NCBI GenBank assembly: GCA_012295275.1
Contig: CM022673.1
Span: forward strand, 26,102,001 to 26,166,000
Source: Chrysomallon squamiferum
Taxonomy: Eukaryota > Animalia > Mollusca
Direction of reading: 5' to 3'
DNA length: 64,000 bases
Both the position numbers and the translations under genes were made by a program. The notes beneath the pieces are model-generated. The model made no database searches and had not been told where the DNA came from. It saw only the letters and a program-made list of their open reading frames with translations. Shown piece by piece: positions 1-38,268 of the stretch (its first letter is position 1; each line of letters begins with the position of its first letter).

Positions 1-27
1 TTTTTTTTTTTTTTTTTTTTTTTGTAG

Positions 28-5034
<5,007 letters not shown>

Positions 5035-6190
5035 TAGAAAAACCCCTGTGACAAGACAGATTTGTAAATAGTTTAGTCAAAAATGTAACATACCAGAACA
5101 ACAAATGACTGCCAGACATTACGACCAGTATTCAGTGAACAAAGAAATCTGAGAGAATTTAGAATAGAGATTAAAATAACGTTTATTTGAATTCGAAATA
5201 CGACAGTAATATCAAATAAAATATGTAATTTATCAACAACAAAAAAAAAAGACAGCATATCTTGCGCAGTAAGATTTGTGGGTGTGCTAAGACATGAATT
5301 GTATAATATTCACTTTACTATTGTTTTTCTTTAGCTGTTTATGTCTAAGTAAACCAAATAACAATAATATTTTAAATTTAAAATAATTAATAATAAAATT
5401 AATTTTTACAGTGAGATTAAAATAAACAGGAAGTGTTGAACATTTTTCCAAAAAAAAGAAGGAAAAAACGAAACAAAAAACAACTTTGCTGTATTTTTAT
5501 TTCAAAGTTCTGTGCAAAATTAGCAGTGATTAGACACACACACACACACACAAAATTATAAAATTTTTTTAAAAATTTAAAATGACATCGGGCTTTTTAT
5601 ATAATTTTCATATTTGTAATTTCTTGTTTGCATCTCAGTAATATAAATAAATAAAGCAATCGCGTACAAAATTTATTTCCGCTTTTCACTTTGTCTGCGT
5701 CATAAAAGGTACAAAACATCACAAATTCACTAATATTTCGGATGTATGATTTCTTAAATTGGTTTTGGTTACAATAAAAACAAACGAAGAATGGCAGTAG
5801 CACAAACAGAATTGTCTCCCCTCGTTAAATCTCCAACGTTATTGTTCATTTTTACCACCGTCAATTCGGTTAATACAGATATACAATAATTAAACAAACT
5901 ATAACTGTCGCTGTTGTTTTTCTTCTGAAACGCGATTGTTATAAGAAGTGTAATGAAGGAAAAGAATGCGTGATGGCTGTAGAACTCGACCTTTACTTTC
6001 CTTGCTGAAGCTACAATCATCGCTTGCCGAAGCATGACAACCCCTCGTCACTTGTCAGATATCCAAACATGAAAGCAACCTGTCGTAAAAGCCTAATTAT
6101 ACGACATTCAACATGTTTCTGCGAAGGACGTATTAATTACTGTTACCAGTGGCTTGTCATTAACATCGAATTTCCAAAATTTTGTAACAA

Positions 6191-25394
<19,204 letters not shown>

Positions 25395-25460
25395 ACTTGC
25401 AAAACCTACACAGATTTACAAATCAGCGCCGTGCAGTCATCAAGGAATCAGTTTCAAAAA

Positions 25461-25468
25461 TATTTATA
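25461..25468 (-). promoter_or_regulatory. candidate TATA box of the RFX6-like gene
   Basis: TATAAATA on - about 70 nt upstream of the ATG at 25394. Position only, in AT-rich DNA. Confidence 0.35.
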
Positions 25469-27928
25469 ACGATTCCTCGTACTGAAGAAGTAATGATTTA
25501 AATGACGTTTAGTAAATGCAGCAGTTGCTTCATGTACTTTTAAGTGTTTATTGACTCAATAAAACGTTCTGGATTCTCCAAAAGAGCTGACAAGAAATTT
25601 TGACCAAACATCATCGTCGTTGTAAAAAAAAAAAAAAAAAAAAAATAAAAGATTTTTTTTTTTTTAAAAACAAAAGTCAACCCGTCATAAACTGAAGACG
25701 CCTGATAGCTAGCTGCATAGTCAAGTTACTACACTTGAAGCTGTCAAAGCGACGCGAAAACAAAGATGTCATGGCTAAATTTTTGTCGTGATTTTCCGAC
25801 CCAATGCAAAAGGGTGTTATGACGACAACAATAACAGCAAATACTGATAAAACGCTTGCCCCACCCCTGCCATTGTCGGCCAATTACGACTCGCCAATAT
25901 TCGGGCCCGTTAATCCTGCGCCATATTGTTTCTGAAGATAATGAACCGCGGCCTTTTAGCCTTTTCGTTCTGAGTACGTAAACTCTGAGTGTATAGACGC
26001 TACATGTTTGGACAGTTGAAACAAAAGAGAATGTGGGCACACGTTAAACATCTCAGCACCCGGCTCTTTTGGAGAGCTGGAAGCTTCGTTAGTTTTGATT
26101 GCATAGTTGAATGGCCCTGGGTGGTTTCGACGTGTGAAGAACTGATCACTGTTTGTTTTCTTCTTGTCTTCGTTGATTTGTCTTTTGTAAAGTAAAGACG
26201 CGAAAGTGTAACCGTCACAAGAAGTACTAGTTGTTACGTAAATAAAGCTAATGTCATTAAAGAAAGAAAAGAAAAATGAAACCAGCGCAGAAACTCTCGT
26301 TTATTACGTAAAGATTTCTCATCTCCTAACTCTGAAGTTAATCTTTCCTGGTTTTTTTAAATTTCTAGAATCTATATGTATTAGATTGTATTAGATTAAT
26401 AAATATTAATGAAAATTAAAATAAAACACCCTCAGTAAAGAAGATATTTTGGTAAAATTTATGGCAAAAAAATCTGAGCAAGTTTGCAAATGATCGAAAT
26501 TCAAAATTACCAGAAGTAGCTCTTTTTTTTTCACGCTGGTTATAGTTTAAAATGAACTCGAATCAATCAGTTATAATGGTTTGACAGATAATGTGAAGCA
26601 ATATTATAAAAGTATTGAATTTTCTCGAGAAAAGTGATTTTCTGCGAATATGCTCTGAAAGAACTAGAGCTTTTGTTAGATCTGAAAGAACTAGACTTTT
26701 GTTAGGTCATTTTATTAGTCTCGCTAAAAGGACCAACTTGTTTAGAAAGAACTGATATCCTGATCTAACAAAGGAACCAAACGTTTGTAGGCTGATTTTA
26801 TTATATTTATTTTTTTATTTTATTATTTTTATTTTATTATATTTATTGTTTATTTTATTATAGTTTATTTTTTGTTTTATTGTATTTATATTTATTGTTT
26901 ATTTTTTATTTTATTTATTTCGTTTTTTTATTATATTTTTGTTATTTTTATTATAATTATTTTATATCTTATTTTATATTTTTATTTTTTTTATATTTAT
27001 TTTTTATTTATTTTATATTTGTTTTTTTTTTTTAAATTTTATTTTTGTTTTTTAAACCGAGAGATTTATTTTTAAACCGCGAGATATACATCTTTTACTG
27101 AAATATGCTTCATCGTACTGAAAATATCGGTGAAAAATAAATAATAAAAGCGATTTAGCGTCTTTAATTTCCTTTATGGAACGCTATCTTCACACAGTAT
27201 CTCACAGACCAGGTATTTAAAAAAAATATATATATATATATTTTAATAAATAATAAATCGAATCCAACCTAACTAAAGTCAGTCTAAAAAAAATATTACA
27301 CACTAAAACCTATACACATCGTATAGTCACTTACAGCGATCATCCGTATCACCATTTACATTCTTCTAAATCATCTAAACTAACATAAACTGACTGGCTT
27401 TAAAATGACAGTTTTAGACACTCCCGTTTGGACTGTTAATAAACGTAATAAAACAAAACAAAACAAAAAACCACTCAACAGTTAAATGTCTGTCTCAGGA
27501 TTATGACGTGTATTTACTTATATTAATGTTGATTTGCTGATAATATATGGCACACATTTCCAGCCAGTGTCCTTCTTTGTTGTGTTCCAGTTGTTCTAAA
27601 ACTCGATTTACATTGAAATTCAAAACAAAGAGGAAAATAGAATAAAATTGTAAAAAAAAAAAAAATGAAATAAAAAATAAAATAAAAAAAAAATGAATGA
27701 AATAAAAAATAAAATAAAAATAAAAATTAATTTAAATTAAATTAAATTAAATTAAATATGTAAATAAATAAATAATGAAAAACGTTTCTTGTAGCCTATA
27801 CCTTAATTGTATAAATTACTAAATTAACTGTATATTTCCTGGTAAGTGTTCTAACAAATTAGTTTTAAGTAAACTTAACGTTTACTAATAATAACATATG
27901 ACAATAAAAATAAATATCTCTTGTACGT

Positions 27929-27967
<39 letters not shown>

Positions 27968-27974
27968 TATTATT

Positions 27975-28030
<56 letters not shown>

Positions 28031-29923
28031 TTATTTTTATTAAATTTTTTAATATATATTTTATTAATAGACAAAACCTTCAAAGACTGAGGAAACTACA
28101 ATTACAAAAAGATTCGTTCGATCAGTTTTTATATACAAAATAACATCTCCAAGCATTTTCACGATCCTCTCATTTTAATGTTATCTTTTATTATTAACAA
28201 AGATTAGTCACAATCAAGATGCAAAAAAAGTTTCCTTGGAAATATGAAAATTATAGGAATTTTGTTTATACAACCAAAAATTTTCCTTTTTAATCAGTAT
28301 ATATTTTTTACTGAAAGTTTTAAGTCCCAAATAAACTTACTGGAAAAATTCAGTATGAAGGACTATTAAATAAAATAATATTAACTGGAATGTGACGAAT
28401 GACTGCTTTTAACAATGCAAAATGTTTAAATTGTATTAGGAGTGTTGATGAATTATTTAAATAAATTTTGACCTAATTTTATTTTATAAGATTTAAAGTT
28501 AATTGTTTTGCTTTTTCACATTAGCTAATGCAAATTGTGCAGACTATTTCTGACATTCAATTTTATATCATCTATAAGAATTAAACCCATACATTGTGCA
28601 TATTTTTTCTTTAAAAATATTTCAACATTTAACATGAATTTTTTAAGTGAATTAACAATTTTCTAAAATTCTAACAAATTTTAATTTTTGGTCTTGAAGC
28701 TGTTACCTTAAATTAAAATTAAAATTATTATTATGTTTTTTATTTAGACTTTGAGAAGAACCTCATAAAACCTTTGTATCCAACACAATCACTGAACAAA
28801 ATTTTATTTCCAGTTTGTCTCTCTCATTCTCTCATATTTTTGCACACACACAGACACAGAGACAAAAAAACAACAAAAAATACAAAAAAAAAACAAACAA
28901 CAACAACATTATAAATAAATAAAGAATCCAAGACAGTCAATCTGATGCATATTATTTACTTTTCTAAACTTGTGTGCATGAATCACAGAAATGTGACTTA
29001 ACACCTTGGCGTAGAGAAAAAATTATAAATTACACAAAACACATCTTGACTAGTACATCTCACTCAGAATTTACACTTATTCAACAACTTTTACTCAGAT
29101 CTGCAGATGCCCTTCACATCCATCAAACACTTTCATACTGAAGCACATACACAGATGCATGTATACATACACATACACATATACATACACACGCACATAA
29201 ACACAAAACAACACACTGAAAAATGAGTATATATAAAACACACTATGTTTTGCAGTAACATAATAAGCCATACTCGTATTTGTTCTTTGTTCTGTGAAGA
29301 AAAAGACATATATATATATATATATTTTGTTTTAATCTTGATTGGGTAAAAAACAACAAATAACTAAATTTAGCTTAGTGTGTAATTTGGATTGCACATT
29401 TAAAAAATTACTAATGATAATTAAAATAGAGAAGTGATACGGTATGATTTGATTAATTCTTTTCCCTATGACATCATTTAGAGAATATCTAGAACAATGA
29501 CAACATCTTCATTTATCCATTTAGATGACCTAACATGCCTCTGTGTTTTAAAATTAAAAATTTTTTTTTTTTCAAAATTTTTGATTAAAATTTGCAAATT
29601 AAAGAGTTTAAGTTTACCTCTGGTGGTTACCATATAAACAGCTTAAATATATTAAGTATACTTTTAAGTTATTTCTACTCAGTTGTTGTGATACTGAAAT
29701 AGTCATCTTTTATCTGACTAGATCATGTGATAGCAAAATGAGAAGCAAAACAATTCTTGATAAACTGAGTAATTGCTTGCCATATGGACAGATCCTCAGT
29801 CTGTTAAGAATATTTTTAATAATTAATGGAAAGTATACAAAATACATTTAGACTATTTGTTAATACCACCGAAAGTAAACTTTAAATATATCAGTCATAA
29901 TTCAATGATCAATAATAGTAGTA

Positions 29924-29961
<38 letters not shown>

Positions 29962-29971
29962 TAACAATAAA

Positions 29972-30013
<42 letters not shown>

Positions 30014-30226
30014 GTTATTGACAAATTTAAAAAGCACACAAACCCTTTTAAAAAAAAATATTAATAAAACCCTACCCACTCTATAAACAAAATAATAATT
30101 GTGATGAACAAACAAAACTTGTAAATGATATTTGATATAAATTAAAATTTATAAATGGCACATCATTGTCTAATGCAGTGACAGTTTATTTTAACAGCGT
30201 AACAACACAGTAAACATTGCACAGTA

Positions 30227-33200
30227 TCACGATGAAATCTCTTCTGTTTTCTTGTAGTAGCTTTTGTGTGTCCACTTCTCACCATCAAAATAGAAATACT
30301 GGAAAAAAACAAAACAACAACAAAAGAATTAGCATTAAAAAGTGTTTTTAACACCCACTTCATTAGAGGAAAAAATATTTGATAACGTATTCAATGATCT
30401 TTAATGTTGAACAAGACGTTTTTCATTTTAAAAATTATTGTTTAAAAAATGGTGCTGTTTTTCAACTACTTAAGAAATCTTAAATATGAGTAAGAATAAT
30501 ATTGTTTATATTAATGTTTGAATTCTCAGGTTTTTTTTTTTTTTTTAAATTACCTTTGTTGGGAATGGTGTATTTGTTTCCCTTCTATGTTTTTCTCCCT
30601 CTCTTTGTCTGTCTTCAAGCTGAAAAGATAAACATTTTATTTTCTTATAAAATTTAAATGGCCTGGTTTAACTTACTACTTACTTATTAAATCAAAAATA
30701 ATGCATAATCAATTATTCTACCATCAGTAGCTTTGTTTAATTAATTTACCTGTAGAGTTAAAAATTATTTTAATACAAATGTCGATTCGAAAATGTGTTT
30801 CTGTATAATACTGTTTATCAAAGTAATCTTTGCAGATTAATATTTTATATTAACAAATCAAATTAATGACAGTTCGGTGTGTGATTCGAAAATGTGTTTC
30901 TGTATAAAGACTGTTTATCAAAGTAATCTTTGCAAATTAATATTTTATGTTAAATGAATCAAATTAACGACAATTCTGCATAAATACGTCATTTTTTAAA
31001 AACTGTAAGTGAAACAGGTAACAGAAAGGACTCCACAAAGAAACAAACGTTGAGAAAAACGTACATATTTTTTGTGTTCTGTCGCTGTCATGACATCTCC
31101 GACTTTGAGAGCATTGGTAACATGCTGCCACAGACGCCTCGATTCAAACTCTCCCTGCTGCGTTATCGGCCGCACCCTCTTCCTCCAGATTGGCAACTCA
31201 TTAACATTTATCATTTTTGTTTCATTCTAATAAAAAAACAATAATAATAATTTAAAAAAAAAATTAAATAAATAAATTTTCTTTTTAAATATTATCAAAA
31301 AATTAGTTATGAAAAGTGCAATATTTCTTAGATATGTATATAGTGAAATTCCATTTAACAACAAGAAAAACCCACAGAAAAAAAGAAAATATTCAATTTT
31401 GATGTACTGTAATTACTGTTAAGTTACGGCAATTAATAATGATTAATAAATGTTGTAAGACTAATCAAAAATTAATATTTGTAATTAGTAAATATTTTAA
31501 AAACTGCTAATCTTACATTTTTGTAGGTGAATTCCATAGCACTATTCCACTCTCCCATAACTTTGCAAATTACTGCTCCACTGATCACATTTTTCACTTC
31601 CGCTGATACGCGATGGACCTTTCCTCCATAGAAAGGCTGTAAACAAAATTTAACACATTTCTTTTTGATATAATAATGTCACAAGACAGCAAATTTGCAG
31701 CTGCAATTAAAGAATGCAATACAGCAATGCTTTATAATAACAATAAATTGTACTGTATTTTATATACAAAGTTCAGAATTTTTCTTTTTAAAGATTTATA
31801 AAAAAACAACAACACAAAACTCAACTTTTTTTTATAATAAAAATGAAATAAAATAATAATAAACAAGTGAAAAAATAATACATTATTATGTTTTTTAAAA
31901 TTGAGATTATGCATACCTTTGTGTGAAAGATTACAGAAGCTGAATATCCTGTTTTTTCACAGGTGATGCTGATCCTGTCCCCTAGCTCTACCCATGGGAC
32001 TGTGAGTATGGATCTAGCGTAGGCACTTGGCAGAGTAAACACATATTCTTCATCATGTTCCAGTAGTTGCAGACACACTGAAACATGTTAAAAGACATTA
32101 TTATCTCATTAGCACAAAACCCTCAAAATCTAAACTTTCTGTCAAAACCAACAGCATAAATCACTTGATTATCAAGAGAATGATTCCGAATTATCTTTTT
32201 TTAATCTGTCAATGATTTTATAGATCCAAGACTGAGTATGTTTAACTAAAATCTTTAATGTACTTGATTTTACGTACATCAAAAAAAATCTTTAAAAAAA
32301 TTAAAGAAGTAAAGAAATTTGCTTATATTTATTTCTTATTCATAATTGGAATTTACTGTTCACCATGGATTGTAGAACAGATACAAACTGACCTTTCCCA
32401 ACCATAACAACCCCTATTGACATTCCCATGAACTTTGACTTGGTCCAAATCGATCCATTCATCTTCATCTTCTTTTCAGGACACTCGAAGTAAAATGCAG
32501 AAACTGAATGCAAAAAAACCACAAAAAAACACAGAGGATTATTTACTATTAATTTACTTATAAAGTCACAAACAGAATAAGAATACATTAAAAACTACTA
32601 TTTTATTTGTCTTTGGAGAATGCAACATTCTCGTAACAATTATTAGAATGAATAATTCTTACAGTTCATTTTGATGTCTTATTACCCAATTTTAAAAATT
32701 AAAACATTAACTTGTTTTTAGATTTTTAAATGTAATACATATGTAAAAAACGTGACAACTACAGAACAGAGTCTGTGCAGATTTGTTCTGTGTATTTATA
32801 GAAATTTGAGAATATTACCTGGAGGATGATGGGATACCTGTTCGGCACAGTAGATGAGCTGGACTGGTTTATTATTGGCTATTTTATCAACATCTGTCCC
32901 TTCTTCGTCAGAACTGACAGCTGCTACAGGGACTCGCCATGAACAGTGAAATGTCTCGCCAATCACTGGGTTGTATGGCTTCTTGGCAACAGAACCCTGA
33001 AGTGAATTTAATATTTTTTAAAAATCAGAAGCATTGGTAAAAGTAAATTCTGCTTCTACAGCATAATTAAAGCATATAAAATGAGAGGAATAAATTAATT
33101 TGATGGTGCAGCATAATGAACATTTACAAAAATAAACAAATACTTTTTAGTAAATCAATGAAATACATTGTTTAAATTATCATTTTACTAAAAGTCCAGA

Positions 33201-34943
33201 TTTCAAATATTTGCTAAATTATTTCAAAATGTAATGGATAATAAATATTTTGAAATGTGTTAAAAATCAAGAAAATCATCTGATATAATTCAAAGAAAGA
33301 AAATATATTTAAAACGTTATTCAACTGCAAATAAAACAAATTTTTTATAGTTAACTTTTTTATTTTTTTGTAAATCTGTTTATGAGAAAGAAGAAAATGT
33401 CAAACAACTATTTTTGTGTAAACAATAAAGAAAACTAATAAAAGAAAGAAAGAGAAAACAATTTTTTTCATCAAAATAATAAACACGTTATTCCAAGCTG
33501 TGTACAATTTGTTTATAAAGAAATTAAGGTGGCAAACAATCATTGTAACAACAGCCTGTATAATATAAACAGTAATGCCTTTAACAAAGAGGTTCCCAAC
33601 TGAAGATAATTTACCTGTCTGCCTGCATGGAATGACGTCAGGTACCACTCAACTACAGCCAACATTCGAGCTTCAGCATCGTCTAAATCTGTGATTCTGA
33701 GAAAAATCAGGTGAAATATTGCTCACATTTTTATTAAAAAAATCTCTTCATTTAGTAACTTAATTTCAAAGATATAGAAAATTTATAACAATTAGAATAT
33801 ATTGGAGTATATTGCAGTTTGTTATAATGTTATCTGATTAACGTAATTCTACTTTTCAAGATTTATGATTACTCGTGGGCTTATGAAAAACTAAGAGAGG
33901 TAATTCGTAATGTTTGTTCTTACTTAAGAAACATGTCTGGATGTGCCATGCAGTCTGCAAACAGCTCCAGCAAAGAACGTTTTTCTAAGATGAATGTAGG
34001 TAAAACAACCTGAAATGAGAAGTATTTAAGAACCAGTTAAAAATCTTTTATATTTGAAGCAAATAATATCCAATCAAAGACAGTGCTGTAGTTTTACAAA
34101 ACACATTTTCTTCATTTTGTTTTTTAAATTTTGCAAAAGGAAATAATTAAAGAAACTGGCTTTTATCAAGTTTCCTACTTATAGCTAAGTCCAAACCTTC
34201 ATAGATTGAATTTTTAAAAATAGAAATACATTTCACCTATAATCTGAAAGCCTTAGTCTTAATAGAATATTTCAAAATGTAAAGAGAATGTACATATACC
34301 TAAATACAGTCTTACGAATTTCACTGAAAACTTTTCTTTCAACCCAGAATAACAGCTGACATTTCCAGAGATTACACATAATTGCAGACCAAATCAGACA
34401 TCACAAATAAAACCTGAAAATTTCATAATCAGACACAATACCAGCAAACCTACCTGTTTATACGTATTTCGCAGTGACACATATTATAGAGGTGTAACGT
34501 ACCTTCGTCAAATCCATGCCCAGTTTGAGCTGTGAGAGGAGGTGAAGGATGACGCTCTTGTGCTCCTCCACCTCCCCCAGGTCAGAGTCTTTATACTCCT
34601 CCTCATCTGTCACCTCATCCTCAGTGTTCACAGCACCTGCAAATTATTGACACATTCGTCTAAATTACTACGAAATAAGTAAATTGAAAAAAAAAGAAGT
34701 TTCGGAATGTTTTCTAAATGTTAATGTAAAGATGGGACATTTTTGCAGCTTGATCAATAATTTGTCTGTGTATTTCAGTAATTATGTACTTGGTATGTCA
34801 CTCTGGAGTCACAGGTAATTTATAAAAATGATGTATGTGTGGCTTCATGTTACTATTTTATTTCTGTCTAGACATTTAGCTTAGCTAATTGAAAAATACT
34901 GAGAATGTCAACATTATTCTCATTATGATGTTATTCGGTAAAG

Positions 34944-34975
<32 letters not shown>

Positions 34976-37453
34976 TAAAATAACAAAACATATATGTAAA
35001 TGTAACAAAAATCAGGGATTTTAATATAACAACAATACAGCATGTAAATAACTTCATACCATTAACGACAGTTTAAAATGTAACATACGACTATAAGAAA
35101 TCATTAAAAAAACAGACAAACCTTCTGACTGTTGATCTTGAAAGGTGTAAGGGAGAGAACTGGTTGAAGTAAAACTCTCTGAGGGCGAAGGCAGGTTAGT
35201 GTCCCCAGTTCTCCGATGAGGGAAATCTACGTACATACAGCTTGAACTGCAACACAATATTATACTTCTAGTTGAGGCATCTATAAATTAAACACAATTT
35301 AAATAACCTTTAACATTACATACTAGATGTGTGCTCTGCAGACTGGTTAATATTTTGTTGTGGAAACAGTTTATCACTCCAATGATAACTCTTACTAGTA
35401 ATGGCATCTTAAAATTTTGACAAAAACAATTTTCAAAAACCGTGTTCGATTGTCAAATTTGCTTTATTTATTTATTAAGAAAATGTGAAGGTATCTTCGA
35501 AACCTTCCTCATTTCCTCAATATGATGGATGAAGTTAAATGTGCTTATGTTCATAATTTTATCTAAAGTTCTGCATTTTTGGAGTTCTCTCAGGCAACAG
35601 TAATAAAACTGTATGAGAACATGAAATGGCTTTAAATGATTCTTGATACTGTTTCCAAATCTAATTAGATGCATTATTAATAGTGTGAAGAAAAAATACT
35701 TACAAATCTTGCTTAGGTTCAGCATGATGCATGGGAAGACTGTTATGTAACTGATCACCAATCATCTGTGTAAATGAAAAATATAAATAAATAAAACTGC
35801 ATTAATACATTTACTAGCTGTACAGAATATAATGAGTTTATCCCTTTTTTTAACATTTCTATATTTGCAGTTTATATTATTTCAGAAATTAAAATATTTA
35901 ATCTGGCATATGATGAATAATTAATCCTTTTGACATTTAATAACATATATACGTTTACATGCATAATAATACAAACAATAATAAATATCTAATTAACTTA
36001 GAATGTACTGTTAATAGATATTTCAAAAAACGAATTTTCTTTCTTTTATTTCAAATATATTAAACATTTCGTGATAAAGATCTCAAGTTTTTAGTCTTTA
36101 AATTCTGAAATTCATTCTAAATTGTTTGTTTTTTATTTCCTGAGTTTGTAAATATTTACCTGTCTGCTTTTAAGAAGAGATAAACACTGCTCTAAAGATT
36201 CCAGTGTGGCTGTTGATGTTGCTTTTAGAAGTAACAAATCCTAGAAAACAACAAAAGTGTCATTTAACCCCCAATATATTATAAGTAATATTCTGTGAGA
36301 TTGTATGACAGACTTGGAATCCAAATGAAGGGGAAATGATCTAGAGGAAGACCAGCACAATGATGGATGGATGAACTAGAGGAGTACTGGAAAGGAGCTA
36401 TCTGGCAGAAGACAGTACAAGATAGGAAGTTGTATAAACAACATTCAGAGGCTTTCCACCCAATAACACAGCACAATGTATGACTGCATATTGATGACAA
36501 ATGAAAAAGCAAGGACTTAAAGTAGTAACAAATTATAAATACATGTCTTTGAAAGAAAACAATATGCACCACTGAATTGTAATTCTGATAAAAAAACCCA
36601 AAATATAATCCATATTTGTTCATTAAATTTATGATAAATACAAGTGAATTTTAAAATTTTGAAAATTCAAACACAAAGATGACAAGTTTAAGTTTTGATG
36701 TAGAAAAATGGTCACACCTTGACAGTGAGTTTTACCATTGATGGCTTTATTTTGCTAATCCAAGCTGAAGAAATATCAAAATAAAATTTAAATAATAATA
36801 AAATAACATCAATTTTAAAATTACATAAAAATTTTCTTGAAGTCTACTTACTGGATCTAAGGCTGTCAAATATTTGTTAGAATCGACGTAGGGTAAAACC
36901 TGAAAGAAAAAATAATAATAAAAAATAAATGGACTTTATATTTGGTAAAAAAAATAAAAATAAAAATTCAGATTCTGAAAAACCTTCAAAATATTAAAAA
37001 CTGAAATTCTAAATTAGATTTGATGACAAAAAAAAAAAAAAAAAAAAAAATTATCTACTGAAAATATATTATAAATATTAACAGATGAAATTCCAAAGCA
37101 GTCCATTTATTAAATGTTAAATTATACTGGAATCAGAGCATTTCTATTCTTAAAATGTTCTGCTTTATTCACACCACATAATCAATCAAAAAAGATTAAT
37201 GCAGTAAACCAACCGAAATCTTTTCTCCTAGGTGTGTCAGATAATCTTCTGCTTCTTGTAAATATTCTTTCACTTGTTTGAATGGATCATGTTTTGCTAA
37301 AATTGGAGGTTTATGTTGAGACCTGTAATGTGAAGAAATATTTGAAACAATTCCAAAATAAACAACAATTTATTCATCAGAGAAAAAAAAAGGTAATTAA
37401 TAAATATACATTTATCGAAAAATGCATTAAGCAAAAAAAAAAAAAAAACGTTT

Positions 37454-37497
<44 letters not shown>

Positions 37498-38237
37498 TTT
37501 GACACAATATTACATTTCTTTCAAAATGAGATGCAGTGTTGTGGCAACATATGTAAATAAACATATTAACATAATTTATTAATAAATTCATCTTCATTTT
37601 CAATATACATTGTAAATGAATGGATTAAAGACAACCACTAATGCTGTTACACTGATAATGATGAAAAAAATGAAACGAAAAAGGTTTTTCAACAACAACA
37701 AGATACTGAATTCAAAAAAAATAAAGTTTCAGACATTGGAAACAATTCTATTTTTTTGCTATTATAAACTGATACATTTAACCCAAGTGCAAGATGCTGG
37801 ATTAGTTGCATTAACTTCTCATTCAGTGACAGACTAACAGTGACACAAACCTCACTACGTGGATGTTTTCACTGGATCCAGTACGTAGCTGTTTGCGAGA
37901 CATACTTTCCGCTCGGCGAACTGGAGCATTTTCCTTGTTTGGAGAAAAGCCAGAAGAATGAGAATCTCTGCGTATGACTGGAGGTGCATGCTACAACATA
38001 AATAACAGATACCGAGTATTCAAATGTGCATTCAACTTCTGTCAGCATGTCGTTTATTTTGCAAATCAAACACATATAGCATTATTAAAACTACAAGAAA
38101 ATGTTACAGCCATTTAAGTTTAACTTGAGGAATAATTCGAGGTCTTTGTTTGAAAAATTGAAACAAAGGTTGATTTTTAAAAGATGAGTATTGAATATTA
38201 GTGTGTCTGTCTGTGTCTCTCTCTGTGTGTGTCTGTC

Positions 38238-38268
<31 letters not shown>

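Noticed and set aside
25677-25883. 68-aa ORF with a hydrophobic stretch upstream of RFX6
   Set aside because: Starts at TTG, has no splice support and no recognisable motif.
29618-29642. X-box-like GTTACCATATAAAC (and GTAACATAGCAAC near 51536) suggesting RFX autoregulation or targets
   Set aside because: Imperfect matches that are plausible by chance in 64 kb, with no supporting context.
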